Part shown: positions 10,579 to 23,590 of the stretch, in pieces
Layout of the letters: every line of letters starts with the position of its first letter
How positions within the stretch are numbered: the stretch's first letter is position 1
The notes under the pieces: model-generated
The model's input: the letters and a program-made list of their open reading frames with translations, nothing else
The model's database searches: none
What the model was told of the DNA's origin: nothing
Position numbers and translations under genes: made by a program
Source of the DNA: Chrysemys picta bellii
Lineage: Eukaryota
Direction of reading: 5' to 3'
DNA length: 64,000 bases
NCBI RefSeq assembly: GCF_011386835.1
Contig: NC_088803.1
Coordinates: 11,842,001-11,906,000, forward strand

Positions 10579-11550
10579 TTACATTCTGTGAGAAAATATT
10601 TTTCTCTTCGTCCTGTCCCCCAGCAATCTCCTCAGAGCCTCTTTCACCTCCTTGTTCCTCAGGCTGTAGATAAAGGGATTCAAGGTTGGGGTGATGGTTG
10701 TGTATATCAGAGCCAGCATTTTATTGGTGTCTAGTAAATGAATGGACTTGGGTCTTAAATAGATCAGGCCACAGCTCCCGTAATACAATGTCACCACAAT
10801 GAGGTGTGAGGAGCAGGTGGAGAAGGCTTTGTGTCTGCCTTCAGCTGATGCCATCTTTAAGATGGTGGAGATAATAAAGGTGTAGGACACAACAATGAGA
10901 GAAAATGGAGTGAAGATGACTAGTATAGCTGCTGTAAACAACTGCATTTCGTAGAAAGGGATGTCAATACAAGAAAGTTTAATCAATGGGGGAATATCAC
11001 AGAAGAAATAGTTAATCTGATTGGACCCACAAAATGGCAAGGTGAAAACCCAGGCTGTCTGTACTAGGGACACCACATTACCCCAGAACCAAGAGAGAAT
11101 TGTCAAGGAAAGGCAGACCCTCCTGTTCATGATGAGCCTGTATCTCAATGGGTTGCATATGGCCACATAGCGGTCATACGCCATGGCGGCCAGAAGGAAG
11201 CACTCAGAGATTCCAAGGAAGAGCAGGAAGTACATTTGGGCAACACAGCCCATGTAGGAAATACTCCTGTTGTCTGAAAGGAAGTTAATCAGCATCTTGG
11301 GGACAGTGACTGAGGTATAGCAGATCTCCAGGAAGGATAAGACCCGGAGAAAGAAATACATGGGGGTGTGAAGGGCAGGGTCCATGGTAATGAGGATGAT
11401 GAGGATGTTCCCCATCAGTGTAATGGTATAAATGGACAGATAGATGGAGAACAGAGGCACCTGCAGGTTATGGTGGTTGGACAATCCTAGTAGAATGAAT
11501 TCAGTCACTGTGGTGAGGTTCCTCCTTCTTGATTCTTCTGCATAATTCAT
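10579..11550 (-). CDS. Olfactory receptor, family-10-like (OR-B), 323 aa, intact; paralogue of 587-1582
   Basis: Open frame with [49 protein letters not shown]. Roughly 80-85% identical to OR-A by eye, with the same acceptor tctcccacag|ATG. Confidence 0.97.
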   Translation of the reverse strand: MNYAEESRRRNLTTVTEFILLGLSNHHNLQVPLFSIYLSIYTITLMGNILIILITMDPALHTPMYFFLRVLSFLEICYTSVTVPKMLINFLSDNRSISYMGCVAQMYFLLFLGISECFLLAAMAYDRYVAICNPLRYRLIMNRRVCLSLTILSWFWGNVVSLVQTAWVFTLPFCGSNQINYFFCDIPPLIKLSCIDIPFYEMQLFTAAILVIFTPFSLIVVSYTFIISTILKMASAEGRHKAFSTCSSHLIVVTLYYGSCGLIYLRPKSIHLLDTNKMLALIYTTITPTLNPFIYSLRNKEVKEALRRLLGDRTKRKIFSHRM

Positions 11551-14500
11551 CTGTGGGAGACAATAAATACCCAGATATCATGTGAAGAAATGACCCACTG
11601 CAGAAAATAAGGAGAAATGCTCAAAGGCACACAGAGATGTCAGGCTTTCAACTCCCATGGACATTCCATGGGAGTTGGGGCCGAGATCATCAATGGTAAT
11701 TCAGAGGATAACTTGCATTGATTTCTAGGGGTGTTAGGAACTTAAATACTGTTAATGATCTGGACTTTGGTGCTTGACTTCTTCAAAATCGTCCTCAAAA
11801 CTATAAGGGTTTCTTCTCCTTCTCCCTAGGGCAAGTTTCCCATAGATGCCAATCTGGGTTAATTGGTATGTGTTCATTCTAGTTGCGGTCACGAAATGAG
11901 AGAAAATGTCTCAATGAAAAGAAACATCCCCAAAATGTGTAGTTTCTGTTGAAAAAAACAGAACTACCTGTAAAACGACACACAGATAGATCTATAGAAA
12001 GAGAAATAGATTAATAGATAGGTAGCCCAATTGACCAGTGGATAGATGGATAGATTTCACTAATCTCTTTAAATTTTATCCTCTTTCAAATTCCTTTAAG
12101 CATCCCACCTTTCCCCCTTCTCCAATAAGGACAAACAATTTCTTATTGTTATAAATTCATCAGGAACACATTGACTACACTATGTTCTAATCGGCACACT
12201 ATACGGACCCCGAGATAGTGTAGCTCACCAAAGTTTCTTTGAAGTAGATGGATCCATGCTGATTTGCACAAGCTGCATATTTCCCCCCTACAGTCCCATC
12301 TGACTGGCACAGAGTTTTCTGCCCTGTTCAGTGATTGCCAAATAATAATATTGAGATTCTAACTAACTTTCTGTCCACCATGACCAGGTGGAATTTTAAA
12401 GCACTTGAGGGCTTTACACAGAAAAATCAGAGGAGATGGGCAGGCCACTTCTCTTTTTTGTGCCTTAGTTTCTCCAACTATAGAAAGGGATGATAAGTTT
12501 TATTTATCCCTCAGTGGAATTGTGAGTCTAAAATAATTAATATTTGTAGAACTCTTTGAGATCCTCAGATTACTGTTGCTATGGAAATGCAAAGTGACAT
12601 TATTATTACTGAATTAAATTGATTTCTAAATAACTGTTGATAATTCCAATTCATATGGAACAGATTATGGTTTCATAATATATGGACCAGAGCCCATTTT
12701 GATTCTTTTTTTTTTTTTAATTTTATGAAAAGTGTAATAAAAAACTGGAGAGAGTACAAAAGAGAGGTAAAAGGTCTGATACTTTTTAATGGGGGAAGGG
12801 AATTAAAAATCTAAGGTATGAAGAAATTTACAAAGACCAGAGTATGTGACTATAGGGATATGAGGAAATGTAACAACTGTTTGCAGACAAATAGAAAGAA
12901 GTTAAAAAAACCAGAGCTGGTTGAAAATTTTCGGAGGAATGTTTTCCGTAAGAAAACGATGATTTGATAAAATCTAAATATTTAGGTGGAATGTTTTGAT
13001 TTTATCTAAATTGTCTATGGGAAATTGATATGGTAGAATAATATTGCTTCATGGTTATCATTTCAATGATAATATAATCAAATTTATAGAGTCAAAATGA
13101 AATGTTTTAAGATTATTAAAAACAACAATTTTAATTTATTCAGATACAGTATTTCAGAATATTTTGTTTCACTAAAATAAAATCTTGAGATTTTGAATTT
13201 TTGGCCTGATTTAGGATTAAACCTAATTTTGAAAACTATGATTTTATGGTAGAAAAGCTATGAAAAAAGAGAGAAGGCATTGTTCTTATATTTATTTCTA
13301 ATAACAATAATTATCAAGAGTTAGCCACTTCTTTGAGCCCTTACTGATTAGCATTTGAATTGTTCCCTGAGCAATTCCACAGAAACCAACGTGATAATTT
13401 ATGGAACAAGGTCCCATTCAATGTGAAGCTATCACAATATGTCCTCCACCATTTACATAACACCCCCCAACCATCCACCAAGGACCTCTGAATAACTGAC
13501 ATTGGTTGGGCCAGTCACACAACCTCTGGCTGTGGCAGGTCAGTATTTACACCAATTTTGCAGATGGAAAAACCAAGGCACAGGGAAGCAAGAAGTGATT
13601 CTCCACCAAGGTCACACAGCTAGTCTGTGGAGGAACAGGAAGGGATTCCGGGTCTCATGAGTCACCCTAATCTAAGCACAGAACAGCCCCTGAATATACC
13701 CTATAGATATGAGAGTATACATTGCTGCAGAAACCCAATGATATGACTGATCAAACTGCACAGTTGGAGGCCATGTCTATATAGAGAGACAGACAAAGAG
13801 TTCATTTCATGCACTCACTTCCACAACCATCAATCCAATGCCTTTGGTTGGTTCTCAAGATGCTCCATTCTAAAGACTCAAGTAAAGGCTGCATGAATAC
13901 AGAGGTTGCAGAGACCACAGCCTGGACAGCTTGGATTTCAGGAAAAAAACAACATCTATAAGGGATCACTTAAAGCCAACCTCTACAATCTAGCAAACTT
14001 TGCCACATGAGGAATCTCATTCACGTGTGCCTTTGCAAAACTGAGCCCTGGATAAATGTCTGATAAAGCAGATAGTCCTATCAGGTTGCTAAACACCACT
14101 AAAGTTACAGAATCAGGAAGTTCTGTGTTTATGATATGATCAGACAAAATTAAAATGTTATGGGCTAATTCAGTGCCTGAGATCTCTGGAAATCACTGTT
14201 TGCTTAGTTAAAGGGAATTGAAAGTAATTCAATAAAAAGAGAGAAAACACTTCATTAGTGTTAATTCTACCTAATCCTTTCCAGACAAATAATATGATAT
14301 CTTGGTACAAACTCCCCTTTGCCTTCAACTTAACTTCACAATTGCCAGATTCTGCTGGATACAGAATTATCTGTGTCTGATTTACTAGAGGGATATGTTC
14401 TGGTTTGCATTACTTATTGGACATCTTTTCTTTAGTTATTTATTTGAATTGAGGTAATACCTAGGAGCCCCAGTCATGGAATAGGATTCCATTGCGCTAT

Positions 14501-15129
14501 GCTCCGGATAAATCCTGAATAAAAAGTCAGCCCTTCCCCCAAAAAGTTGCAGCCTAATTACATCATTTCCCAATCTTTTGGAAGATTTTGCATTAGTATA
14601 TGGAGCCCTGGGGATGGCTAGCATCAGGAACATCTGAGGATAGGCACCTGTTTAATTGCAGTTTTACATTTCTTTGGGAAAGCAAGGAAAAGAAGTACTA
14701 AAGGGCTGATACGCAGCAGGTGAAAATTCTTTGTTAGAAATGAGAATCTGCCCTGGGTTTCTCTACTGAGATTGTTCAAGTCACAAGGCAAAAGCAACAT
14801 GCTCTCAGCTATGTTTTCAGTCCATGCAAAAGTGGATGCTAACCAAAATTTAGTCAGATCCAAAATAAGTTCCCCCTACCTCCAGCTCCTTATGCTCAGC
14901 TCTCTGAAGGAAGAAAGTACGGATTTCTGTGGTCTACTTCAGCCTTCTTACATAAACCTTCGGGAGTAATTATGCTGAAACCACTGTGCTCCGCACACCA
15001 GGGAATTTTATACCCATGTGTTCCCACTGCTTCTCTCTGATTCAGTTGCAAAAGTCTGCAGCATTAGATTTTTCAATAGAAACTTTTGTCTTGTTCCTGG
15101 ACCTTAGCATAAATAAAGCAATATACCTA

Positions 15130-15300
15130 TTTCATAGAACTGGAAGGGACCCTGAAAGGTCATTGAGTCCAGCCCCCTGCCTTCACTAGCAGGACCAAGT
15201 GCTGATTTTGCCCCAGATTCCTAAGTGGCCCCCTCAAGGATTGAATTTACAACCCTGGGTTTAACAGGGTAATTCTCAAATCACTGAGCTATCCCTCCCT
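15130..15300 (-). mobile_element. CR1 LINE 3' fragment (copy 2-specific)
   Basis: Reverse complement of a CR1 3' end (CATAGAA...GGAAGGGACC...GGTCAT...AGTCCA). Absent from copy 1. Confidence 0.8.
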
Positions 15301-16452
15301 CACCAAATTCTCATTTGCATTAATGCCAATTCATGTGGTTCTGTCTATGTCCCAGAGCCTTGTAGTGGGTGTGAATGCCATTTATATCCATTTTTAGGCC
15401 CTTTTTATATGGCTGAAGTGGTACAAAGCAGCTTCCATGTCAATGAGATTCAGATCTACTGAGTCAAATTCTCTTTTAAAGCCATATCTACACTTGGAGC
15501 TCGGGGAGCAGAGGTACAGACACCTGCCTCAAACCTGTGCTGATAGCGTCTGAGTGGGTTTGTAAATCCAAGTGATGAGCTCATGCTACTGCCGTTTGCC
15601 GCTGCCTGTGCTACTATGGCTGCACTACTATTTTTAGCACACCATCTCAATGACTGTGAACACAGGTATGTCTACATGAGCTGGTAGAATCACATCTAGA
15701 TATACCCTAAATTACACCAGTGTGAAACTAAATTAAGCATGAATAACCCATGAGCATGATTCAATGAAAGAAACCTGTTGGCTTCAGATCTTACCCTCAA
15801 AGGTGGGCACAAACAGTCCTGTTTCAATTAGTGCCATTTACCTCATTGTGACTACTTATAGTGGGAAACATTACACCGGGTAGTAACTGCTCATGGAATC
15901 ATGGCATAACTGTATGAACTTCCCTGCAGCTAATAAAAATTTGTTCCTGTCATATTAAAAGCAGAGCTCCCCTGGATAAATCCGTCTGCTTTGGATAGGG
16001 TAGGTAGGTAATTGTCATAGATCCATGGATTCCAGGGCCAGAAGGGTCTGTTGTAATCATTTAGTCTGAGCTTCTGTATAAACCAAACCAGAGAATTCCC
16101 GCAAAGTAATTCATGTTTGAACTAGAGTATACGTTAAAACAAAACAAAGCATCCAATGTTGATTGAAAGGTTGTCAGTGATAGAGAATCTATCACAACCC
16201 TATTCCTTGGTGTATTCGTCATATCAAGTAAGGACTTGCTACCAAATTTTGACCTCAATATAGTGAAGCACTTAAGCATGTGCTTCATTTGAAACCTGAG
16301 CATAGTCACATGGAAGTCAATGGGAGTTTAACACATGCTCATTTAATCCCACTTAAGTATCATCTTACACCTCATTGGTTTCAGTGAGGCTACTCATGCT
16401 TAAAACTTAGCACCCACTTTATTTACAAAAATTGAATAATAGTCTTTCTATA

Positions 16453-16598
16453 TCATAGAATCATAGAATCATAGACTATCAGAGTTGGAAGGGATCTCAA
16501 GAGGTCATCTAGTCCAACCCCCTGCTCAAAGCAGGACCAATTCCCAGCTAAATCATCCCAGCCAGGGCTTTGTCAAGCCGGGCCTTAAAAACCTCCAT
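16453..16598 (-). mobile_element. CR1 LINE 3' fragment with (ATTCTATG)n tail (copy 2-specific)
   Basis: TCATAGAA repeated tail followed by GTTGGAAGGGATCTCAAGAGGTCATCTAGTCCAACCCC. Absent from copy 1 near 7200. Confidence 0.88.
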
Positions 16599-17947
16599 AT
16601 ATGTAGGTATTTATGTGATCTGCATCACTGTAACATAAGCACCTTCACAGAGATGAATTGTGTTTACTCTAGCAGCACCTCTTTGAGGGTGGTCTATGTT
16701 ATCTCCATACAGACGGGGAAACCAGAGCATGGGTGTTTGATACACAGTTTCCCAACATGGAGTGTTAGAATATGATATTATGTTTTGGTTTCGTGCTCTC
16801 TCTTCTTATGGATGATCACTGAACAATGAAGAAGATTAAGCGACTCAGCAAAGGTCATCCAGGGAGTCTGTGCCTGAGCCAGGAATGTAACCGGGCTTTC
16901 TGAGTTCCATGCTGGTGCCTTATCAATTAGTTGGCTGAAAAAGGAATGTTCTCCAGCCTAATTTACCAAATGAAACATAAGGGTAAATATGACCATTTTT
17001 ACTGCTTTCCAACTGAAGTAAAGTTGGTAATGTATAAGAAAATCTGGAAGAAATTCCTTTTTCACACTCTTTTTACTGTCTAAAGCAATAAAACCACAGG
17101 ATTAATGTATTGTCATTGAAAGTCAATGGGATTTGAGCATCTAACTTCCTTAATCTCCTTTGAAAATCCCAGCCATAGTTCATAAAGTCTAGAATGTTAT
17201 TGACTAACCTGAAAACAAATAAAAATAATAATACCAGCAAAACTCCACAAAATTATGGACCTTTTGACATGCACCATGGCAAATGTGGAACATTTCTTAC
17301 CATTAAGCCATGATTTGAACTCTGGAAGCTCTCTGTGTGTGTATGCTGCTGTTTTGTGAAATGTTGTGTTCAATGGCAGGCCCTGACATGGTCAGCATCT
17401 CTTCTAAAATAATTCTTCTTTCTGATCAGCCTACCCGAAGGATCAATGAGCAAGTGGCTGAGATTTGGGAGGGGAGCGATCCTGAATTTGACAGCTGTGC
17501 CCTACTAGCTCAGGAGGCATTGATGAGTTTTGATGTCTAACAGAGTGATGAATTTAAGCTCCCAAGCTTGTCTTTTGAATGGTTTCCTTTGAGGATGAGG
17601 ACTGAGAAGTCAGATATGGAGTGATCGTTTTGTGAAAAGTGTTTTCTGTGTGAGTTCATTCTGTGTGAGTTCATTTGTGAGTATAGTGATTGTCTAGTTT
17701 CACCCATATTGTTGTTGTTGGGGCAGTTGGTGATCATATGTTGTGATCAACATGTGTAGGCCTGCAGAGTCTTGGAAGGACAAGCCTGTGTGGCCAGAGG
17801 CTGATGGTTTCAGGGAGCTGATCCACATCAGGCGCAGACAAGTCTCCCTGGACAGGTGGTGGCAAAGTGCCTCCCAACCCCAGGTTCCTCTGGGAAGCAT
17901 CACCATGGTCACAGGAATTTAACCTGCATATTTCACTAAATGACCAG

Positions 17948-19148
17948 TGTGACAGTGTACCCCATAAGGCTTTATGGGGAGGGGGTGCTTATAAATGTAT
18001 GTATGACATAACTGGAATATGTTTTGTGCTGCCTGTGCCATGTAACATATCTCCGTAAGGGTTATGGTCTACTATATCTATTCATCCTATTTGTACATAT
18101 ATATCATTTTCTACTCGAGGTTAAGAATATGGGCTGTATGCTTACCTGATTTCTAAGTAAGCTTTGTGAGGCATTTGGTCAGCTTCTTTAGGAAGGAATT
18201 TGCCAGGTTAAGTACCTGATCAGGAGACACTTAGGGAACAATGCATCTTGGAATGCTCCAATCCACATGAGAAGTCTTCCTGGAGACATGCAAGATGCCA
18301 TGTGGACAATGGCGTCGGCCTGCAAAGACTGAGTCATGCAGGGGCATGTGACTTGCCCAGGTGACTCCAAAACTCCATCTTGGAGCTGGGCTTTGCATAG
18401 GAGGGAGGAGGGGGGTCTCCACCCACAAGAGAGAGTCTACTTAAACCTGTGGGAGACCCCTCCAGGTTGTCTTCAGCTGGCTAAAGAAGGAGCCTCTCCA
18501 CCCCCCCCCCCCAGGATACTTGAAGGAGACTGAAACAAAGGACAGTAACTGCAGGGGGTGTGAGTGATTGCTGGACCCAAGCTAAAAGGAGATTAGCCTG
18601 TAAAAGGGAGCACTCTGGAACTGGTGAGGAAATTATCTGTATTCAGTTTGATTAGGCATAGATTCGCGCATTTTATTTTATTTTGCTTGGTGACTTACTT
18701 TGTTCTGTCTGTTACTACTTTGAACCACTTAAATCCTACTGTCTGTATTTAATAAAATCACTTTTTATTTAGTAATTCACTCAGAGTATGTATTAATACC
18801 TGGGGGAGCAAACAGCTGTGCATATCTCTCTATCAGTGTTATAGAGGGCGAACAATTTATGAGTTTGCCCTGCATAAGCTTTATGCAGGGTAAAACGGAT
18901 TTATCTGGGTTTAGACCCCATTGGGAGTTGGGCATCTGAGTGCTAAAGACAAGCACACTATTCAGGTAAACTTGCAGCTTTGGGACAAGTGATTCAGACC
19001 CTGGGTCTGTGTTGGAGCAGATGAGAGTGTCTGGCTCAGCAAGACAGGGTGCTGGAGTCCTGAGCTGGCAGGGAAAACCGGAGCAGGGGTAGTCTTTGCA
19101 CATCGGGTGGCAGCTCCCAAGGGGGTTCCTGTGATCCAACCCGTCACA
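17948..19148 (+). mobile_element. Solo LTR, 1201 bp, flanked by a 73-bp direct duplication
   Basis: Termini TGTGAC...GTCACA, AATAAA at 18751, no internal coding sequence. The same family's 3' end recurs at 52230-52642. Confidence 0.85.
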
Positions 19149-20095
19149 GTCAACCCCAGGTTCCTCTGGGAAGCATCACCATGGTCACAGGAATTTAACC
19201 TGCATATTTCACTAAATGACCAGCACTCCATCCACTCATCCACCCCTCCATGAATGATCATGATGTATGAAAAATATCAGTCCAGAAAGTTAATGAGAAA
19301 TCTAGCTCAGTAATAGAGATGGTTGGAGATTTTCCATTACAAACATGGGAGAGCAGGGCAGAGGAGAGGAGTTTGGGCAAAAAAATGGCTATTTCATCAA
19401 AATGGACTTTTCCTTGGGAAATGTCTATTTTCAATTAAAAAAACACGGTGGTTGATTTTTGTTGTTGAAAACCTCAACAACAAAAAATCATCAAAAAATG
19501 TAGCTGAAAATGGATTTTTTTCCCAAATATTTTCATGGGGTGTGTGAGGATGGAATTCCTGACTAGTTCTACTGAGAAGAAACCACAGCCTGATGGGCAC
19601 TTGAATTTTATGCTCACAGCATAAACACAGAGAAATTTGATGCAAACATAAAACATTCTTGTTGCAAGGTTGCAACATAACATGACTTTATTTCTTAGAA
19701 TACAGAACAATAGTTCACAAAACTCCCAAACCAGTGAGAGACAAAGCAGGCTTCTCCCTTAGTCATAATTCACCCCACTGGGCTCTAGACTAGGTCTGTG
19801 CAGATTGACTCCTAGTCCTAGATTGCAGGCTTCCGTACAGAGCCCTTTGCCTGCACTCAGGACCAGTAAACCCCTTCCAAACTTGGGATGACAGCTTGTG
19901 ATTTTAACACAGTTTTCAGTACATCACATGGCACTTTCAGCAAACACCTGTAAATCACATTGATTTCAGTAGGACTCACATTCCATATGGTTTGTTTCAA
20001 TGGGATGATATTCATGAAGGACTGATTTGAGCCAGAGATTCCAGGATCGGACTCCAAGTTTAGATAACATGAATTTCATCACACGGTCTCCATTT

Positions 20096-21094
20096 TCATT
20101 TTGATCTAAAGGCATTAGCTTGAATTCTCTGAACTGCTGTGAAAGACCCAAGTTTCCTGACAACTTGCCTCAGGGCCTCCTTTACCTCTTTGTTTCTCAG
20201 GCTGTAGATGAGGGGGTTGACCAGTGGTGTGAGAATGGTGTAGAAGACAGAGAAGACTTTGGTCATGCTTCGAAGTGTGTTGATGTCTGGAAGCAAGTAA
20301 ACAATGATTAGGGTCCCATAGAAAATGGTCACCACGATGAGGTGAGAGGAACAGGTGGAAAATGCCTTTTTCCTACCAGTGGTGGAAGGGATTCTCAGGA
20401 TGGTGGTGATGATAGAAATGTAGGAAGTCAGGGTTAATAGAAATGGTGGTAGTGTGAATAAGGAGGACAGCAGGAAAGCCACAAGTACCATGCCGTGGGT
20501 GTCACTGCAGGAGAGTTTTATCACTACGTTGAATTCACACAGGAAATGGTCAATTTCATTGGGACCACAGAACACTAACATCGATATCCAAGATACTATT
20601 ATGGAAGCAGCCACAAATCCACTAATCCAAGACCCAGCTGCTAGCTGGAAGCAGAACCTATCATTCATGAGGGCTGTATAGTGCAGTGGTTTACATATCG
20701 CTAAATACCGATCGTAGGACATCGCTGCCAGGAGATAGCATTCTGAACATGCCAAGACACCAAAACAATAAAGCTGCATGAAGCAGCCACTCACAGAAAT
20801 GGTTCTGTCCCCAGTCAGGAGACTGGCCAGCAGCCTGGGCAGTATGGTGGAGGTGTAGCAGGTCTCCAAGCAGGACAGGTTCCCCAAGAAGAAGTACATG
20901 GGGGTGTGAAGGTGCTGATCAGCCACAACTAGTGCAACAATGAGGATGTTCCCGGCCATGGTCATTATGTAGATCACTAGAAACAGCAGGAAGAGAAGAA
21001 CCTGCAGTTCTGGGACATTCCCAAATCCCAGGAGGATAAATTCCATGATGGATGTTTGATTTCTGCTTTCATGTGTGCCAGGGGGAGTATCCAT
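20096..21094 (-). CDS. Olfactory receptor, '11A1-like' sauropsid-expanded type (OR-C), 332 aa from the first ATG
   Basis: The ORF track start at 21127 is TTG; the first ATG is at 21094 (MDTPPG...). Motifs NQT, HLHTPMYFFLGNLS, MSYDRYLAICKPLHY, KAFSTCSSHL, PLVNPLIYSLRN. Confidence 0.94.
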   Translation of the reverse strand: MDTPPGTHESRNQTSIMEFILLGFGNVPELQVLLFLLFLVIYIMTMAGNILIVALVVADQHLHTPMYFFLGNLSCLETCYTSTILPRLLASLLTGDRTISVSGCFMQLYCFGVLACSECYLLAAMSYDRYLAICKPLHYTALMNDRFCFQLAAGSWISGFVAASIIVSWISMLVFCGPNEIDHFLCEFNVVIKLSCSDTHGMVLVAFLLSSLFTLPPFLLTLTSYISIITTILRIPSTTGRKKAFSTCSSHLIVVTIFYGTLIIVYLLPDINTLRSMTKVFSVFYTILTPLVNPLIYSLRNKEVKEALRQVVRKLGSFTAVQRIQANAFRSK

Positions 21095-21812
21095 GGGATG
21101 GGGGGAGGGGGGAAGAGAACGCTGCAATGATAATGAAGAGACATTTGCTTTTGTAGTACAGTGCCAAAATTACAATTCAATTATTGCTCAAAAGCACCCT
21201 CTGATGATTACCAGCCCTAGTCTTACTTGAAGAAACTCAGCTGGGATGGTTAGCACCAGCTATCACTGCTGCTCGAGGCATCTAAACATTTTCCTCAACA
21301 ATATTGCTTGTATATTTCTCTTTCCACATGATCAATTGCTGGGGTGGCACCTCTCCAATGCACTGTTGGTGGACTGCATTGCAGCATGAAACTCAGAAGA
21401 CCTGGTTTTGTTTCCAACCTTTGGTCAGTCATTTCACTGCTCAGCTGAGAGACCATGCACAACTTTCTGCATTCAGAAATATAGAAACAACTTCCTCTTG
21501 CCATCATGTTTGCTGTTTATATTTATGCCCATCAGTGTAGATTTTTTTATAGCCATTTCAATGTGATCATTCCTAACAGAGGACAGATGGAAGGGTGCCT
21601 TGATTTCTCTACACTGTACTTTTCGGCAACCATATCACTTTACAATCACTCATTTTATTTTTAGTTTTTCACCATATGACACTTGGAGCCCAATTGTGGA
21701 ACAAATTAAAGTCAATGGGACTGATTATAGTGTGCAAAATTAAGCATATGGGCAATCTTTGTAGGATCAGGGCCTTAATTGATTAATCAGTCTGATACCA
21801 CAGTGATGTGTT

Positions 21813-21837
21813 TAGATAGATAGATAGATAGATAGAT
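21813..21837. repeat. (TAGA)n microsatellite
   Basis: About 6 perfect units. Confidence 0.9.
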
Positions 21838-22679
21838 TTATTTTTCTGTCCATGTTGCTAACTTCTAGCTCTGTCTCTTTCCTTCTGTCCTGTGTGTCGT
21901 TCAGAGAGGTATTTGAAAATATTTTGGGTATTTCATTAACATGGCCCTTTCAGATAATTAATGCAGATGTTAAATGAAATGTGAGGTAACACTGGCCCTC
22001 TAACTTCCATTTTTTTAAATCAATGCCCTCTTGTATGGTCTGTTGGCCAGTTCTCCACCACTGGCATTTCTTGAGAGGATTGATGAATTGCAGCTTTTTG
22101 GCATTTCTATTACTTTCTTTTTTGAATTATCTGAGAACAGACAGAAAAATTCTCCAATATTCATGATATAAAAGTGCTCATAGAGTTCATCAGTGAAGAA
22201 TATTTTGTCTCCAGATCATTCTCAGAATCTGTGTTATTCAAAATTTACACAGTGCTGTTCTGTTACATTTTTCTGATGGTGTTTCCTCTACTCTTCATTG
22301 GATGACTACCTAGCCCAGCATGTTCTGTACTGTTTACCTCAGTTTACAGATAAGCAGTAAACAGGGTCCTCTGGACAAAAAGAGGGGGTAGACCGGTTTC
22401 TCAAAGACAAAGGACAAGCTGATGCCTCTAGCCACGTGTCATCAAAGTTGATGGGCAATCGCCTTTCAGGTGGCCATTCTTTGAGCAACTGGTTTGTAAT
22501 GTAGTATCCAAAACAGAGATGAAAAAAGTATGAACAAAGCAACAAGTTATGGAGCTGTTAAACTGGTGGGTTGGGTTTTCTTGATGTATAGAGAGTTTTG
22601 TAACTTGTCAAACCGTATTATAAATGTAACTAGCGTCAATGCATATTTCTGAAGCATATCTTTATTTCCATCCTCTTTG

Positions 22680-23590
22680 TAACAGCCCTTAACATATTTG
22701 AAGATTGCTATAAGATCCCCCTCAGTCTCCTTTTTTCGAGAGTGAACATGCCCAGTTTTTTTAACCTTTCCTCATAGGTCAGGTTTGCTAAAACCTTTGA
22801 TCATTTTCATTGCTCTCCACTGGAGTTTTTCTTCCTAACTTTGCATTTGCATTTATTGAATTTCATCTTGTTGATTTCAGATGAAATCTCCAATTTGTCA
22901 AGGTCATTTTGAATTCTTATCCTGTCCTCCAAAGTGCTTGCAAAAACTTCCAGCTTGGTGTCATCTGCAGATTTTATAAGCATACACTCCACTCCATTAT
23001 CTAAATCATTAATGAAAATATTTGATAGTACTAGACCCAGGACAGAACCCTTGGGACCCCACTAGATACATCCTTCCAGTTCGACAGAGAACCATTGATA
23101 ACTACTCTTTGGGTAAATCTATACGGCAAATAATAAAACAAAACAAAAACACACCAAAAACTACCCAGCAGCAGTGAGTCTCAGAACCTGGGTCTGCAGA
23201 CTTGGTCTTGTAGGGTTCTTGCTACAACACTAAAAATAGCTATGTAGACGTTCTGGCTTGTGCTGAAGGTCAGGCTTTGAAATCCATTCTTCTCCCTGGG
23301 CTTCAAACTGGTAGTCTACATGTCTATTTTTAATGCCATACCATAATCCCCACAAGCCCAAGTCTAGAGATATGGGCTCTGAGACTTACAGACACAGGGT
23401 TAGTGTTTTTGCTGTGTGGACGTACCCTTTGAGTACGGCCTTTCAACAAGTTTTTTACTCATCTTATAGTAATTTAATCTAGATCACATTCCCCTGGTTT
23501 GCTTATGAAAAAAGTCATGAAGGACTGCATCGAACGGCTTACTAAAATCAAGCTATATCATATCTATTGCTTCTCCCCTATCCAATAGAC
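22680..23590 (-). mobile_element. Decayed CR1 RT/3' fragment, interrupted by a MITE
   Basis: The minus-strand ORF reads LIKSADDTKLE...IQNDLDKLE...MKFNKCKC (CR1 RT C-terminus). The CR1 sequence is continuous across the insertion (ACTACTCTTT|GAGTACGG). Confidence 0.85.
23111..23427. mobile_element. Harbinger-type MITE nested in CR1
   Basis: Imperfect TIRs GGGTAAATCTATAC / GTGTGGACGTACCC with 3-bp TSD TTT. Confidence 0.72.

Larger units (their letters stand above)
9968..17530. repeat. Segmental duplication copy 2 (paralogous to 1-8130)
   Basis: Colinear with 1-8130 including the OR gene; it differs by copy-specific TE insertions. Confidence 0.93.

Noticed and set aside
17875-19223. CRISPR-like or prophage att-site interpretation of the direct repeats
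   Set aside because: The context is vertebrate, there are only two repeat copies, and the intervening sequence is an LTR with no integrase or cas genes.
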